This document shows, piece after piece, positions 22,200 to 32,817 of a stretch of 64,000 nt of DNA. The position numbers were made by a program, and so were the translations under genes. Source of the DNA: Histomonas meleagridis 2922-C6/04-290x (lineage: Eukaryota > Protista > Parabasalia); the NCBI GenBank assembly GCA_020184695.1, contig JAANOX010000243.1, positions 124,001 through 188,000 of the forward strand. Reading direction: 5' to 3'. The notes beneath the pieces were generated by a model. It was given only the letters and a program-made list of their open reading frames with translations. It was not told where the DNA came from and made no database searches. Position 1 is the first letter of the stretch. Every line of letters starts with the position of its first letter.

Positions 22200-25100
22200 T
22201 TATTCAGAATATTTAATTGGGAAAATAACAATTTTCCCGTTCTTACAAAAAGCGAAGATCAATGATTCCTCAACGAATACTCTCAGATCGATTACTTCTG
22301 AATCTAATTTTGTCTCATTAATTGGTTTGCCAATTTCCAGGTCGAACGCCTCAAACAAATAAACAAATCCATCCTCGTCAGCGAAGACAACGAAATCGAT
22401 TCCATCGTATAATCTTTTGAATGTTGTCATCGATACAATTCTTGACTTCACTTCTTTCGTTTTAAGAAGTTTCCCGTTGATATTGAACAAATTCAGTCGG
22501 TGTTCAACTTCTGTCCTATAAATCATGATTTGGACGACGACAAATCCGAATGATTGCGTAATGCACATTAGCGATGGACTTCCATCAAGTTCTCTGGTTT
22601 CGAATATATTTGGCTTACTTAGCTGGCAAAACAGAAGTGAGTTATCTCTCGTTCCACAAATTAGTGCATCGAAAATTGTTGATAATGAAACGCATTGAAT
22701 TGATTCTCTGAACGAAGAAACCGAATAACTATACACGCCATTCTTGTATACTGCTACCGCAGCATCTTTCGCTGATATTGCAAACCATTTTTCATGATAT
22801 GATATTGTTACAATATCTAATAATGAAGATATAACATCCCTAATACTTTCATTTTGCTTTATAATCACATCAGTATGATTGTTATCGATATAAATTACGT
22901 TATTATTTTCAGTAATAATTGGTGGAATATCTAAATCAGCAGAACCTTTTGAAAACACTTGACATTGCTTATCAAAAAGAGAGCATACATTGTCAGCATT
23001 ACTTGACTTAAGTTTCATTGGTGATTTTTGTGTATTTACATGAATTTGGTTAAAATTTTTAAACACCGATGAGTCGACCGTTACTGTCCTAAACAAACCG
23101 TTAACCTCCAAAACCGAAATTTGGAATTTTGTCTCTTTTTTCAATACGTTAACCGAACAAACCTCCGCACAATCGTTATAAGTAATATTCACTTGTTCAT
23201 TAATTAATGAAACATTTTGTTTGTAATTAGGATCTCTTTTTGGATGTGGTTTCCCAAAGAATAATTGTGGAGGAATTTGTCCCACATTTTCTAATAGACT
23301 TTCAATTCCTTCTTGAGGTGTATCGTCGAGCGGTTTTTCCCAAACGGTCTCGTACATTTCTGACTTGTAAACGTTATCTGCCTTAACGGACTCCGGCGGT
23401 TTTTGCTTATATCCCCAAAGTAAATCAATCCAATTGTTAATATTTTGAGAGACATAATCTGATTCTAACGCCTTTCGATGTATATATATAAAGTTTTCGG
23501 GTGCTACTGAAGGATCACCAGCCCAAGGAGGTAATAAAACATTTTCTACATTCCCTTCTTCAGTTCTTCCTAAATCGAATGAATTAATATTTATTAAAAC
23601 TTCAGGCTCGAAATAAAATTCTGGAATTAGTTCTCTATAATCATTAATATTCGAAGTTACGAAATCGAATGAATCCTTAAACGATCTAAATAATCTTGCC
23701 GCATGATCGAATCTTCCACTTTGTATTTTAATATGTTGAGTTGTAAAAGGCTCAAGTCGAATTAACCATAGATATACTGTTAAAGGGTTTACAGGACCAC
23801 AAGAATATAGAAATGGTTCACCTCCAATTTTTTGTAATTCGTATGCTTTTTCTTTTAATTCATTTAATCTTTCAGGATTAATAGCACCTATAGGTTTTGA
23901 TAAATCTCTATAAATTTTCGGGTTATTTAAATCTAATTCAGTCGATGTATAATCACTTAATACCCAAGGAAAGATTGGATATTGTGATGCATCATTAAAA
24001 GAACGTCCACTAAATATATTAATATACATTAAATATTCGAAATTTGATATTTTCCCATGTACCCATTTATATGTTAAATTTTGTTCATCAAAAAATCGTG
24101 GAAACATATATTGTTGTAAATGTAATTGATTAATGTTTTTCATCTTATTAATTTGTTGTGTAATTGTTCTAAATTTATTGCCTTGAAAACGTATATATAT
24201 CGAGTCATTCGTTTTGGTAAATATTTCGAATCCTTGCCATTTATGATAATGAGTTCGATATAATACATAATCAATATCTGATGATGGGATAATTTTTGCA
24301 TGACCATTATAACAGATAATTAATTTATCTTTACCAAATTGTATGATTCCGGGAATATTCTTTTTAATTTTTACTATTTCACATTCTAAAAATTGATTTC
24401 CTTCTAAATTATTAAGTTTTTCATCATTTTCTTCATTTTCTTCTTTGTTATTGTTTTTATTTCTTGAAAATAATATCGCTAAAGGTGTTTCCTTCGGTGA
24501 ATTATTTTGTATTTCAATTAATTGTTGTGCTGTTAATCGAGAATCACCACAATCTCTCAGTAATGAAGCACTTAAATGTTTATCGAGTTGATATTTCTTA
24601 ATAATTTTAAATGGACAAAATGATGAACAATATGAATTATATCGAACGTAACCGAATTTCTTCTTTTCTAATAATTTATTCCATGGAGCTCTATCGATAG
24701 TTAATAAACTTGATAAATGATTCCATTTACGTATATTCTTTTTAGAGTTTTGGATTGAGATTTGATTACGAATGTTTATATTATTTCTTAATTCTTGTAT
24801 TAAATTAATTGGATAATCAGGTAAAGCATTTTTCTTTATAATCGACTGCAAAAATTTCTTATAATCATCGATTAATAAAACGTCAACATTTTTAGCAAAT
24901 GATTGAATAAAATCAAATGCATTTAATGCATTATAATGTTTTGATTTTGTATATTTATAATAAAAATGTTTTGCATTAATTTGTCCAAAATCTTTAAAAT
25001 AATTCAAATTTTTCGAATGATCTTTCATATATTTCGGATCTGCTTTCCATATAAATGCTGCTAAACAATAAGATAAATCAGAATATTGTTGTAACTTATA

Positions 25101-28100
25101 TTTAAATATTAATCGAATTGTATGTTTAGCTAAATCTAAATCTAACCAAATATTATCATCAGTAATTCGTAAGCTAAAGATATATAAAGTTTGACAATTT
25201 AATAAATCTTCTAATTTTTTATCAAGTGTTTCAATTTCGAATTTTGTATTATAATTTTCTTCATTAATAGATGTTTCAATTTCAGGTATACTTTGATCAA
25301 TAAAAGTTTCTTCTGATGATATTAATACACTATTTCTTTGGAAATCCTTTAAATCAAAAGTTAAAGGATGAAAATTATTCTTATCAAATGAAAATGAAGA
25401 AGAATTTTGGAATGAAGAATTACTTGAATCGAAACTAAAGTTTGAACTTCGTGGTGAAAGTTCGACATTATCGAAAGATATATTATCATTAAATTCTTCA
25501 TTATTATTCATATAATCATTTTCATATATACCAAAAGGACTTTTAAATTTATATACATTAATTATCTTTGGTATGTAAGTTTCTGAAGGTCTAAAGAATA
25601 TAAATTGTTGTAACATTCGTATTAATATTACCCAAGAAAATCGTGGAATTTCTTTACATTGACACATTCTTATTAAAACTTGATGTTGAATTTGTTCAGT
25701 ATCTATTGACATGACTTTACCTATTATACAAATAGCATAATATAAATCTTGCCAATTAGAATAAAATGCACTTATTAAAAATTCGATAACTTCTTTTTGA
25801 TTTTCATGATTAATTTGATATAACATCATTACTGGATATATTACTGATGAATTCTTGATAAAATAACTTTGTTTCTTTTCAGCTTTTCTGATTAAAAATA
25901 AAATCGATTCAATACCTTGCTTAATAGCTATATAAGATAATATAGGTAATAAATGTGGCATATCTTTATTCATCATTTCAATTAATGATTCGAAATGAAT
26001 TAATGTTAATGAAATATCAGTTGTATATTTAATTATTATATCTAAATAATATGATATATGAAATATGATATTATAATCTAAACTTTTTGCTATTATAAAA
26101 CATCGTATTAATTGATATGTAATTTTTTCATCCGGAATTCTTGTTAAATGACATAATAAATGAAAATATCCACCAAAGTCATGATAATTAATAATTATCT
26201 TATTCACTAATAAATTTTCTAAAAATTTTAATAAATCAATTTTTTGATCAATATCAATTTCTTTAACATCTTTATCGACATCAATTAATATATATTGAAT
26301 TAATGCAATGAAATCTTCATTAGTAAAATTAATATGTGTTATTGATATTAATATTTCGATTAAATATTTCCTACATTCATTAATATTTAAGTCAACTTTA
26401 TTATTATTAATGATAAAGTTTTTATTATAATAATTATAAATTATATATAAAAACCATTGAAATGTTTTATTTTTGATTATCAAATTATTATATGAAGGAA
26501 ATAATGTTCGAGACCAATGTTTTAATATTTTAATATGTGACTTAGAATCAGCTAACATCCATAAATCAATATTCATTAAAATATTATCAATTAATTGTAA
26601 TTGTAATGAATTTATTATAATCACATCCATTAAATTAAAAAAATGTGAATAAAGATTAAAATTAATTGATGATTTACCTGATTCACTTAATAAAAATGAT
26701 ATCATTGCAAATCCATCAATATTATAAAATGCTATTTGAGGTTTTTCACTTAATGAAAATAAATTATTTAATAATTGTATTGAATAATCAGGTAAAAAAG
26801 TTAATAATTTCCCATCAATTAAAGGTGTATCAAATTGTCCAAAAATTGGTAATATTATATTTAACTTACAAAAGTTAAGTAATAAATCATAAAATGAACT
26901 TCCTTTCTTTGTGACTATATTATTATGTTGAATTGTAATTGATTCATCATGAAATAATGGTCGAAACGCTAAATGATCACCAATATCTTGAGGCTCATAA
27001 GCAAATATAATATTCTTCTTTATAGATGTTAATGAAGGTCGAGGTCCATAATCATAAAATGAAGAAATTTCATCATCAATTAATTGTTCACTTAATATAA
27101 ATACTCCAATATTTGGTGGTGATTCAGGTAATTTAGAATCAGGAAATGGAGAATTCATAAAACATTGGATAGAATTAGATGGTATAAAACCACTAAATTT
27201 AGTTACTTTCTTAAGTATTGTTCCATTAATATATACACTAACGATACTATTAGAGCCATTTTGTTTATAAGTTATAGTTATAAAACTCCAAACTTTTTTA
27301 ATGCTTTGTAAATCAAAATTACCAAAGAATGAATCTTTACTTGTTTCAACTTGTACATGTAATACTACTCCAAATATTGAAATAGAAAATGAATTTTTTT
27401 GATTATCATTCATATATAAAATATTATGTTTAAAGTTTGAATCATTTTGGGTTAAATATAACCAAAATGAAAAACTAAATCCATCAATTATCGAATTATT
27501 TGTTATACCTTTAATTTCGATTGAACGTTTTGGTAATAAAGGAATTGAAGCTGAAGGAATATTACGTGAATTAATTAATATTGAATTAAATGATTTTAAT
27601 ATTAATTCATGAAAAGGACTTAAAAAATTAAGTTTAATTGGACATAATAAAGAGACAAATCTTTGTACAGATGCAACTGATGATACAACAGAAGAAATTT
27701 GTACATAAATTTTCAAGAATTTTTCAACTTTATTAGTGATTTCAGAATCAATTTCTTCTAATTGTCTCCATTCATCAATTCTATCAACTATAAACAAATC
27801 AAGTTCACCTTCATGACATTTAATACAATTATCTGTTGAAAATTTACATAAATTAGAAATGAAATCAAATGCTTCATTAAATGATTTAGAATTAATAAAT
27901 ATTCGTGAAAAAGAACATAATACTTGTGGTTGATATATAATAAAATTTGGTAATGTAACTGATAATCCTTGTCCTGCTAAAACTTCAATTAATTTCTCCA
28001 TCACTTTACTTTTAGGATTATCTTTATACATTTCCATAATTGCTGTTTCAACTGAAATTAACTCAGTTCCAATAATAGTATGATCAGTAGAATTACATGC

Positions 28101-30236
28101 AATAAATGTAACTAAATTCATTAATACATCTTCCGATAATTTTAATTCTAATATATTTTTACAAAATGTTGGAATTAATTGTTTCATAAAAAAAATCTTT
28201 TTATATAATAAAGAATTATTAAATGTGATTAAAATGTCTAAAATGATATCATTTGATATTTCTTTTGGTTCTTTACATGAAGAAATGATTAAATCTTGAA
28301 TATAATTTATGAATTTCTTTTGTGTCGATTCATTTCCAATATCATAACTTCGTAAAATATATGTTAAATGTGGTAATATTTCTTTACGAATATCTCTTTC
28401 ATATAATAACATTAAAAATAAATCAATTAATTTATCATTAAATAAAAATGATTGATCTTCAAACTTAAAAATGACTTCAACTAAAAAACTTAAAATTGTT
28501 TTTTGTGCAATATTAATTATTTCAAGATCACATTTCCGATATAAAATCATTGTTGTTAATAATCCTAAAGTTATATTTTCAAGTCTTGTTGATATTAAAT
28601 CATTATCAATCGTAAATAATCGTTGTACAGTTTCAATATATAAATATGGATATTTAGTCATATCATTTAATACTTTCATAATAAAAAATGGTTGATCTCT
28701 TAATACAATATTTAATGAATAATATCGTAATGTATTTAAATATTTAAAATTTTCTTCATCATTTTTATCAAAAATTGTAAATTTAGGATCAAAGATAAAA
28801 TCATTACATATTAAATCGAATCGGAAGTTAATATTTGGATATTTTTTTTTAATGACTTTAATAAAATATAAGATAATCGCTAATATATCATATACAGAAT
28901 CATTTTTATCAAATTTCAACAAATTAATTTGTGATAATGATGTAGAAAATAATGATGCAACATTTTCAATATTTTTTAATATAACTTCTTTAACTTTCCT
29001 TAATTCATCATATATTTTCTCTGAAAATAATTCTTTGAATTTCTTTTTTGTTGGAATTTGTATACTTTTACTTTCATTATCAAATTGATAATTCTTATTT
29101 CCAATATAGAAATAATCTTCGATTTTATAATCAATATCTAATTCAATTGGTTCATTGTTTGATTCAAAACTTAAAAATTTCGTCATAGAACATGAATTAA
29201 ATAAATAATATATAATCATTTCAAATAATGGCGGATCTAATGCATCTGATTTAATTTGATCGGATAAAAGTTGGAAAAATTGTATCATTTCTTTCGATTG
29301 ATATGTCGAATCTGCAATAATATCACGTCTACTTAATATATCAGTAATTATTTTAAGTACTTCATCAATAAATTTTTCTGGTAAATTATAAGTCGAATGA
29401 TTCATTGATTCATTTTGTGAATGTTCTAATATTTGAATCAATGATAGAATAAATGATACAAATCTTTGCTGTTGATCATTAATAGCATTTTTTGCATCTT
29501 GATAATTTTGATCTATATTAAGATGTTCTACATCTGATTTATAATTTTCTTCTATCTTTTTTATGATGTTTTCTTGTTCAATAATGATTTCTTTGGAATT
29601 AGCTAAAAACTGATTAAAGAATTGAATAAAAATATTGAAAGTGGAATTAGGAAGTGTCGAATTGTTAAGATAAAAGGCTGTCAGTGGACTTAATAGTTCG
29701 GAAAATGGAATGGTTTCAGTTGGATTTTTTAAAATTTCGGAGAAAACTGATACAAAAGCTGAAATAATCATTTGATATAAAGCTCTTGTTTCTTTTAAAT
29801 TTTTTGTATCGCGTGTATCTTTTGAATTAGTATCATTAATTTGTGTGCAGGCAATAATAAATGCATTTAACAAAAGTGGAATATATTCAATAGCTTCATT
29901 TTTTTTGTATTGTAGATTCCACGCAATCCAAGAATTTAATAAGTAGATACAATTATAAAAAGCAGGAGTTTGATTATAATCTAACGAATTTATTTTTTTA
30001 GGTTGAAATGGAAATGAATATTTATGTTCTCTTAGAACAGAAAGATAGTTGTCTTTATTGATTTCTTTGGAAATAATACTGATCTCTTGTTTTGAACTAT
30101 ATGGAATTGAATTTAGATCAACATCCTGAAAAAGTGTAAGAATTTGCTTTTTACATGTAAACATTGTTGACAATAACCTAATACATATTTTATCTGGGGT
30201 AAGAAGCTCTTCAGTGTTTTGGGTTTTGTCAAGCAT
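22200..30236 (-). CDS. BEACH-domain (Beige/BEACH) protein, PH-BEACH-WD40
   Basis: KWVHGKISNFEYLMYINIFSGRSFNDASQYPIFPWVLSDY, RELIPEFY, WIDLLWGYKQ and GQIPPQLF; ConA-like segment mid-protein; WD40-like C-terminus. Confidence 0.95.
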   Translation of the reverse strand: MLDKTQNTEELLTPDKICIRLLSTMFTCKKQILTLFQDVDLNSIPYSSKQEISIISKEINKDNYLSVLREHKYSFPFQPKKINSLDYNQTPAFYNCIYLLNSWIAWNLQYKKNEAIEYIPLLLNAFIIACTQINDTNSKDTRDTKNLKETRALYQMIISAFVSVFSEILKNPTETIPFSELLSPLTAFYLNNSTLPNSTFNIFIQFFNQFLANSKEIIIEQENIIKKIEENYKSDVEHLNIDQNYQDAKNAINDQQQRFVSFILSLIQILEHSQNESMNHSTYNLPEKFIDEVLKIITDILSRRDIIADSTYQSKEMIQFFQLLSDQIKSDALDPPLFEMIIYYLFNSCSMTKFLSFESNNEPIELDIDYKIEDYFYIGNKNYQFDNESKSIQIPTKKKFKELFSEKIYDELRKVKEVILKNIENVASLFSTSLSQINLLKFDKNDSVYDILAIILYFIKVIKKKYPNINFRFDLICNDFIFDPKFTIFDKNDEENFKYLNTLRYYSLNIVLRDQPFFIMKVLNDMTKYPYLYIETVQRLFTIDNDLISTRLENITLGLLTTMILYRKCDLEIINIAQKTILSFLVEVIFKFEDQSFLFNDKLIDLFLMLLYERDIRKEILPHLTYILRSYDIGNESTQKKFINYIQDLIISSCKEPKEISNDIILDILITFNNSLLYKKIFFMKQLIPTFCKNILELKLSEDVLMNLVTFIACNSTDHTIIGTELISVETAIMEMYKDNPKSKVMEKLIEVLAGQGLSVTLPNFIIYQPQVLCSFSRIFINSKSFNEAFDFISNLCKFSTDNCIKCHEGELDLFIVDRIDEWRQLEEIDSEITNKVEKFLKIYVQISSVVSSVASVQRFVSLLCPIKLNFLSPFHELILKSFNSILINSRNIPSASIPLLPKRSIEIKGITNNSIIDGFSFSFWLYLTQNDSNFKHNILYMNDNQKNSFSISIFGVVLHVQVETSKDSFFGNFDLQSIKKVWSFITITYKQNGSNSIVSVYINGTILKKVTKFSGFIPSNSIQCFMNSPFPDSKLPESPPNIGVFILSEQLIDDEISSFYDYGPRPSLTSIKKNIIFAYEPQDIGDHLAFRPLFHDESITIQHNNIVTKKGSSFYDLLLNFCKLNIILPIFGQFDTPLIDGKLLTFLPDYSIQLLNNLFSLSEKPQIAFYNIDGFAMISFLLSESGKSSINFNLYSHFFNLMDVIIINSLQLQLIDNILMNIDLWMLADSKSHIKILKHWSRTLFPSYNNLIIKNKTFQWFLYIIYNYYNKNFIINNNKVDLNINECRKYLIEILISITHINFTNEDFIALIQYILIDVDKDVKEIDIDQKIDLLKFLENLLVNKIIINYHDFGGYFHLLCHLTRIPDEKITYQLIRCFIIAKSLDYNIIFHISYYLDIIIKYTTDISLTLIHFESLIEMMNKDMPHLLPILSYIAIKQGIESILFLIRKAEKKQSYFIKNSSVIYPVMMLYQINHENQKEVIEFLISAFYSNWQDLYYAICIIGKVMSIDTEQIQHQVLIRMCQCKEIPRFSWVILIRMLQQFIFFRPSETYIPKIINVYKFKSPFGIYENDYMNNNEEFNDNISFDNVELSPRSSNFSFDSSNSSFQNSSSFSFDKNNFHPLTFDLKDFQRNSVLISSEETFIDQSIPEIETSINEENYNTKFEIETLDKKLEDLLNCQTLYIFSLRITDDNIWLDLDLAKHTIRLIFKYKLQQYSDLSYCLAAFIWKADPKYMKDHSKNLNYFKDFGQINAKHFYYKYTKSKHYNALNAFDFIQSFAKNVDVLLIDDYKKFLQSIIKKNALPDYPINLIQELRNNINIRNQISIQNSKKNIRKWNHLSSLLTIDRAPWNKLLEKKKFGYVRYNSYCSSFCPFKIIKKYQLDKHLSASLLRDCGDSRLTAQQLIEIQNNSPKETPLAILFSRNKNNNKEENEENDEKLNNLEGNQFLECEIVKIKKNIPGIIQFGKDKLIICYNGHAKIIPSSDIDYVLYRTHYHKWQGFEIFTKTNDSIYIRFQGNKFRTITQQINKMKNINQLHLQQYMFPRFFDEQNLTYKWVHGKISNFEYLMYINIFSGRSFNDASQYPIFPWVLSDYTSTELDLNNPKIYRDLSKPIGAINPERLNELKEKAYELQKIGGEPFLYSCGPVNPLTVYLWLIRLEPFTTQHIKIQSGRFDHAARLFRSFKDSFDFVTSNINDYRELIPEFYFEPEVLININSFDLGRTEEGNVENVLLPPWAGDPSVAPENFIYIHRKALESDYVSQNINNWIDLLWGYKQKPPESVKADNVYKSEMYETVWEKPLDDTPQEGIESLLENVGQIPPQLFFGKPHPKRDPNYKQNVSLINEQVNITYNDCAEVCSVNVLKKETKFQISVLEVNGLFRTVTVDSSVFKNFNQIHVNTQKSPMKLKSSNADNVCSLFDKQCQVFSKGSADLDIPPIITENNNVIYIDNNHTDVIIKQNESIRDVISSLLDIVTISYHEKWFAISAKDAAVAVYKNGVYSYSVSSFRESIQCVSLSTIFDALICGTRDNSLLFCQLSKPNIFETRELDGSPSLMCITQSFGFVVVQIMIYRTEVEHRLNLFNINGKLLKTKEVKSRIVSMTTFKRLYDGIDFVVFADEDGFVYLFEAFDLEIGKPINETKLDSEVIDLRVFVEESLIFAFCKNGKIVIFPIKYSE

Positions 30237-30528
30237 GAGCTGGCACTTTTTTGATCTGCTGGGATTTAATTTTTCGAATATGAATACATTGCAATAAAAC
30301 CAATAATTTGATTTATTGGATTTGTTACTATAATAAACATTTTAATTTTTATATTAAAAATAAATTATAATTAAATATTTAAATTATTTATTACAAAAAA
30401 TTCATTTTTTGGTTTTCAACAATGACATAGAAAATTGAATTACTAAAATTATCTGACACAATTTTGAATTTGAATTCAATTCCCCACAAAATTAAGTGAT
30501 GCAAAAAAAAATGTTTCATTATGAAGTT

Positions 30529-31905
30529 TTAGACTACGTTCATAGACCTATCAGTAAAATGTGTATGTAAATATTTGTGTGCTTCATGACTGCCCGGCTC
30601 TCCTAAGTTCATTCTTTGATATAATTCCTTAATTTGTCGGTTTTGATGAGAACATTTGCCAGTTAACGACTCATCAATCTTATAAACAGCTTCAACGCGA
30701 CTTCCAATTTGTTTCTTAGTCTTAGCTCGTGTTGAACCACCGCCACAGATACAACCGCCGGGGCACGCCATAACTTCAATGAACTTAACGTTCGCCACGT
30801 CAGGTGATTTCGATTTAACTTTTTCTAACAATTTCATTGCGTTAAGGATTCCTTGTGCCACCGCAACGCCGACTTCTTCACCATTGATGTTAACAGGACT
30901 AATCTTAATGCCATTCTCAAAACCTCTGACAGATTTCACATGAACATCTGGCATTTCAGTCTTGGTTGCATATTTATAAGCAGAACGAATTGCCGCTTCC
31001 ATAACACCACCAGATGCACAGAAAATAGCGCCAGCTCCTGTGCATTCTGAATATGGATCATCAAATGGAGTATCAGGAAGATTCTTGAAATCAATCTTAT
31101 GCTTCTTGATCATTTTCATGATTTCGCGTGTTGTAAGAACAATGTCTGTTTCGCCATTTAATTGTGGACGACGTATTTCATCTTTCTTGGCTGTACATGG
31201 CATTATGGCAACATTAACAACGCTCTTTCGTGGAAGACCTTTATTCTTTACAAAGTCATTAATGATAGCAGAACTGAGCATTCCAGCTGGAGATCTACAT
31301 GTAGAAAGATTTGGAATGAATTCTGGAGCACTTTGTTCGACATAGTTAACCCATGCAGGGCAACAGGATGTAAGCATTGGAAGTGGTCCTGTTCCTTTTG
31401 TAAGTCGATTAACAAATTCTGCAGCTTCTTCAACAATTGTTTGATCTGCGCCATAGTTTGTGTCAAACACATATTGGAACCCAAGGCGCTTCATTGCAGT
31501 AACCATTTTTCCGGTACTAATTGTTCCAAATGGTAAACCAAGTGCATCACTAAGACTAATACGAATAGCTGGAGCTGTTTGACAAATGGTTACCCTGCCT
31601 TGTGGATTCTTGAAAATTGATTCCATCTCTTCTATTGAATCTTTTTCTCGAATAGCTGCTGTTGGGCAAACAAGAGTACATTGACCACATTTAATGCAAT
31701 GTGTATCTTGTAGTAGTTTTCCTGATACAGTTCCTACAACTTTCTTTCCATTAACATTGTATAACTTGAGTATGCTTTGTCCAGCAACATTGGTGCAAGC
31801 TTTAACACATTGGGAACATCCAATGCACTTGGAGGGATCAATAAAAATCCCATTTGTGCTACTGTCTATGGACATTGAGATTCTTCTCGAAAAAGAAGAA
31901 AGCAT
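30529..31905 (-). CDS. Short-form hydrogenosomal [FeFe]-hydrogenase with a canonical H-cluster
   Basis: Leader MLSSFSRR; CIGCSQCVKAC and CIKCGQCTLVCP; canonical TSCCPAW, MPCTAKKDE and EVMACPGGCICGGG. Confidence 0.96.
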   Translation of the reverse strand: MLSSFSRRISMSIDSSTNGIFIDPSKCIGCSQCVKACTNVAGQSILKLYNVNGKKVVGTVSGKLLQDTHCIKCGQCTLVCPTAAIREKDSIEEMESIFKNPQGRVTICQTAPAIRISLSDALGLPFGTISTGKMVTAMKRLGFQYVFDTNYGADQTIVEEAAEFVNRLTKGTGPLPMLTSCCPAWVNYVEQSAPEFIPNLSTCRSPAGMLSSAIINDFVKNKGLPRKSVVNVAIMPCTAKKDEIRRPQLNGETDIVLTTREIMKMIKKHKIDFKNLPDTPFDDPYSECTGAGAIFCASGGVMEAAIRSAYKYATKTEMPDVHVKSVRGFENGIKISPVNINGEEVGVAVAQGILNAMKLLEKVKSKSPDVANVKFIEVMACPGGCICGGGSTRAKTKKQIGSRVEAVYKIDESLTGKCSHQNRQIKELYQRMNLGEPGSHEAHKYLHTHFTDRSMNVV

Positions 31906-31916
31906 TTAAACGGTGA

Positions 31917-31921
31917 AGTGA
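31917..31921 (-). promoter_or_regulatory. Initiator (Inr) element
   Basis: Sense TCACT 12-16 nt upstream of the ATG at 31905. Confidence 0.6.
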
Positions 31922-32817
31922 CAAATTTCTATTTGAATGAGGCTAATGCTATCATGGCGGTTTGAACGCTGAAGAAAGCATTTAAAAAGTTTCTATCGAT
32001 TGCAATTGTCACTTTCAGATGGTCGCCTTTTTGAAAACGTTTGAAAAATTTTTGATTTTTTGTTTTCTGTGGTTTATTTCGAAATTTGAATGTTGTTGTG
32101 TTCGTTTTTTGTTTAAAAAGTTTATACGATAAAAAAAATTTGTGAATTATTCAGAATATCATTCAATTTTAGGTTGGTTATAAAGTTTTTTATAATATCG
32201 TCAAATACAGTTTGTGAATTGCCGCACAATAAATTTTAAAAGGTTGCGAATTCACCTACTAGGTAAATTAGAACAATATAAAATTGTTGATTTTTATATT
32301 TCATCAATAGGTTAGTTCGATTACAAAATGGTAATTAAATTAAAAAACTTTAGATGGTTTAAATATTTTTGTAAATATTAATGAATTGCTTTAAATTCTG
32401 TTGCAATTACTATAAAAATAAATAATGTAAGTAATTTTAATATTTTCATTGTTAAAATTTTAGTGCCACTCTATGTTCAATATAAATACATGACTATGCT
32501 AATATAAAATTTTTTGTCATATAATTAATTGAAGTAATTTTTGAATTTTTCATTAGGCGTATCAATGTGTTAACTAATTAGCAAGGTGATGTTTCGGATA
32601 ATATAATAATGAGTCGTAAATTATTGAAACAAATATATCATTTCTCATTGTTATTCCTTTACTACTTTTGGATCATATATTTTCTATTAGATTAAAATAT
32701 ACAAGTTCGTTTTGCTCAATTGTCTGTCTTTTAATAAATAATTAAACACTAAAAATATCTAAAGGTGCTTTGTAAAATGAGGGGGGTCGAAAAACCGTTT
32801 TTCGTTTAAATAACGAA

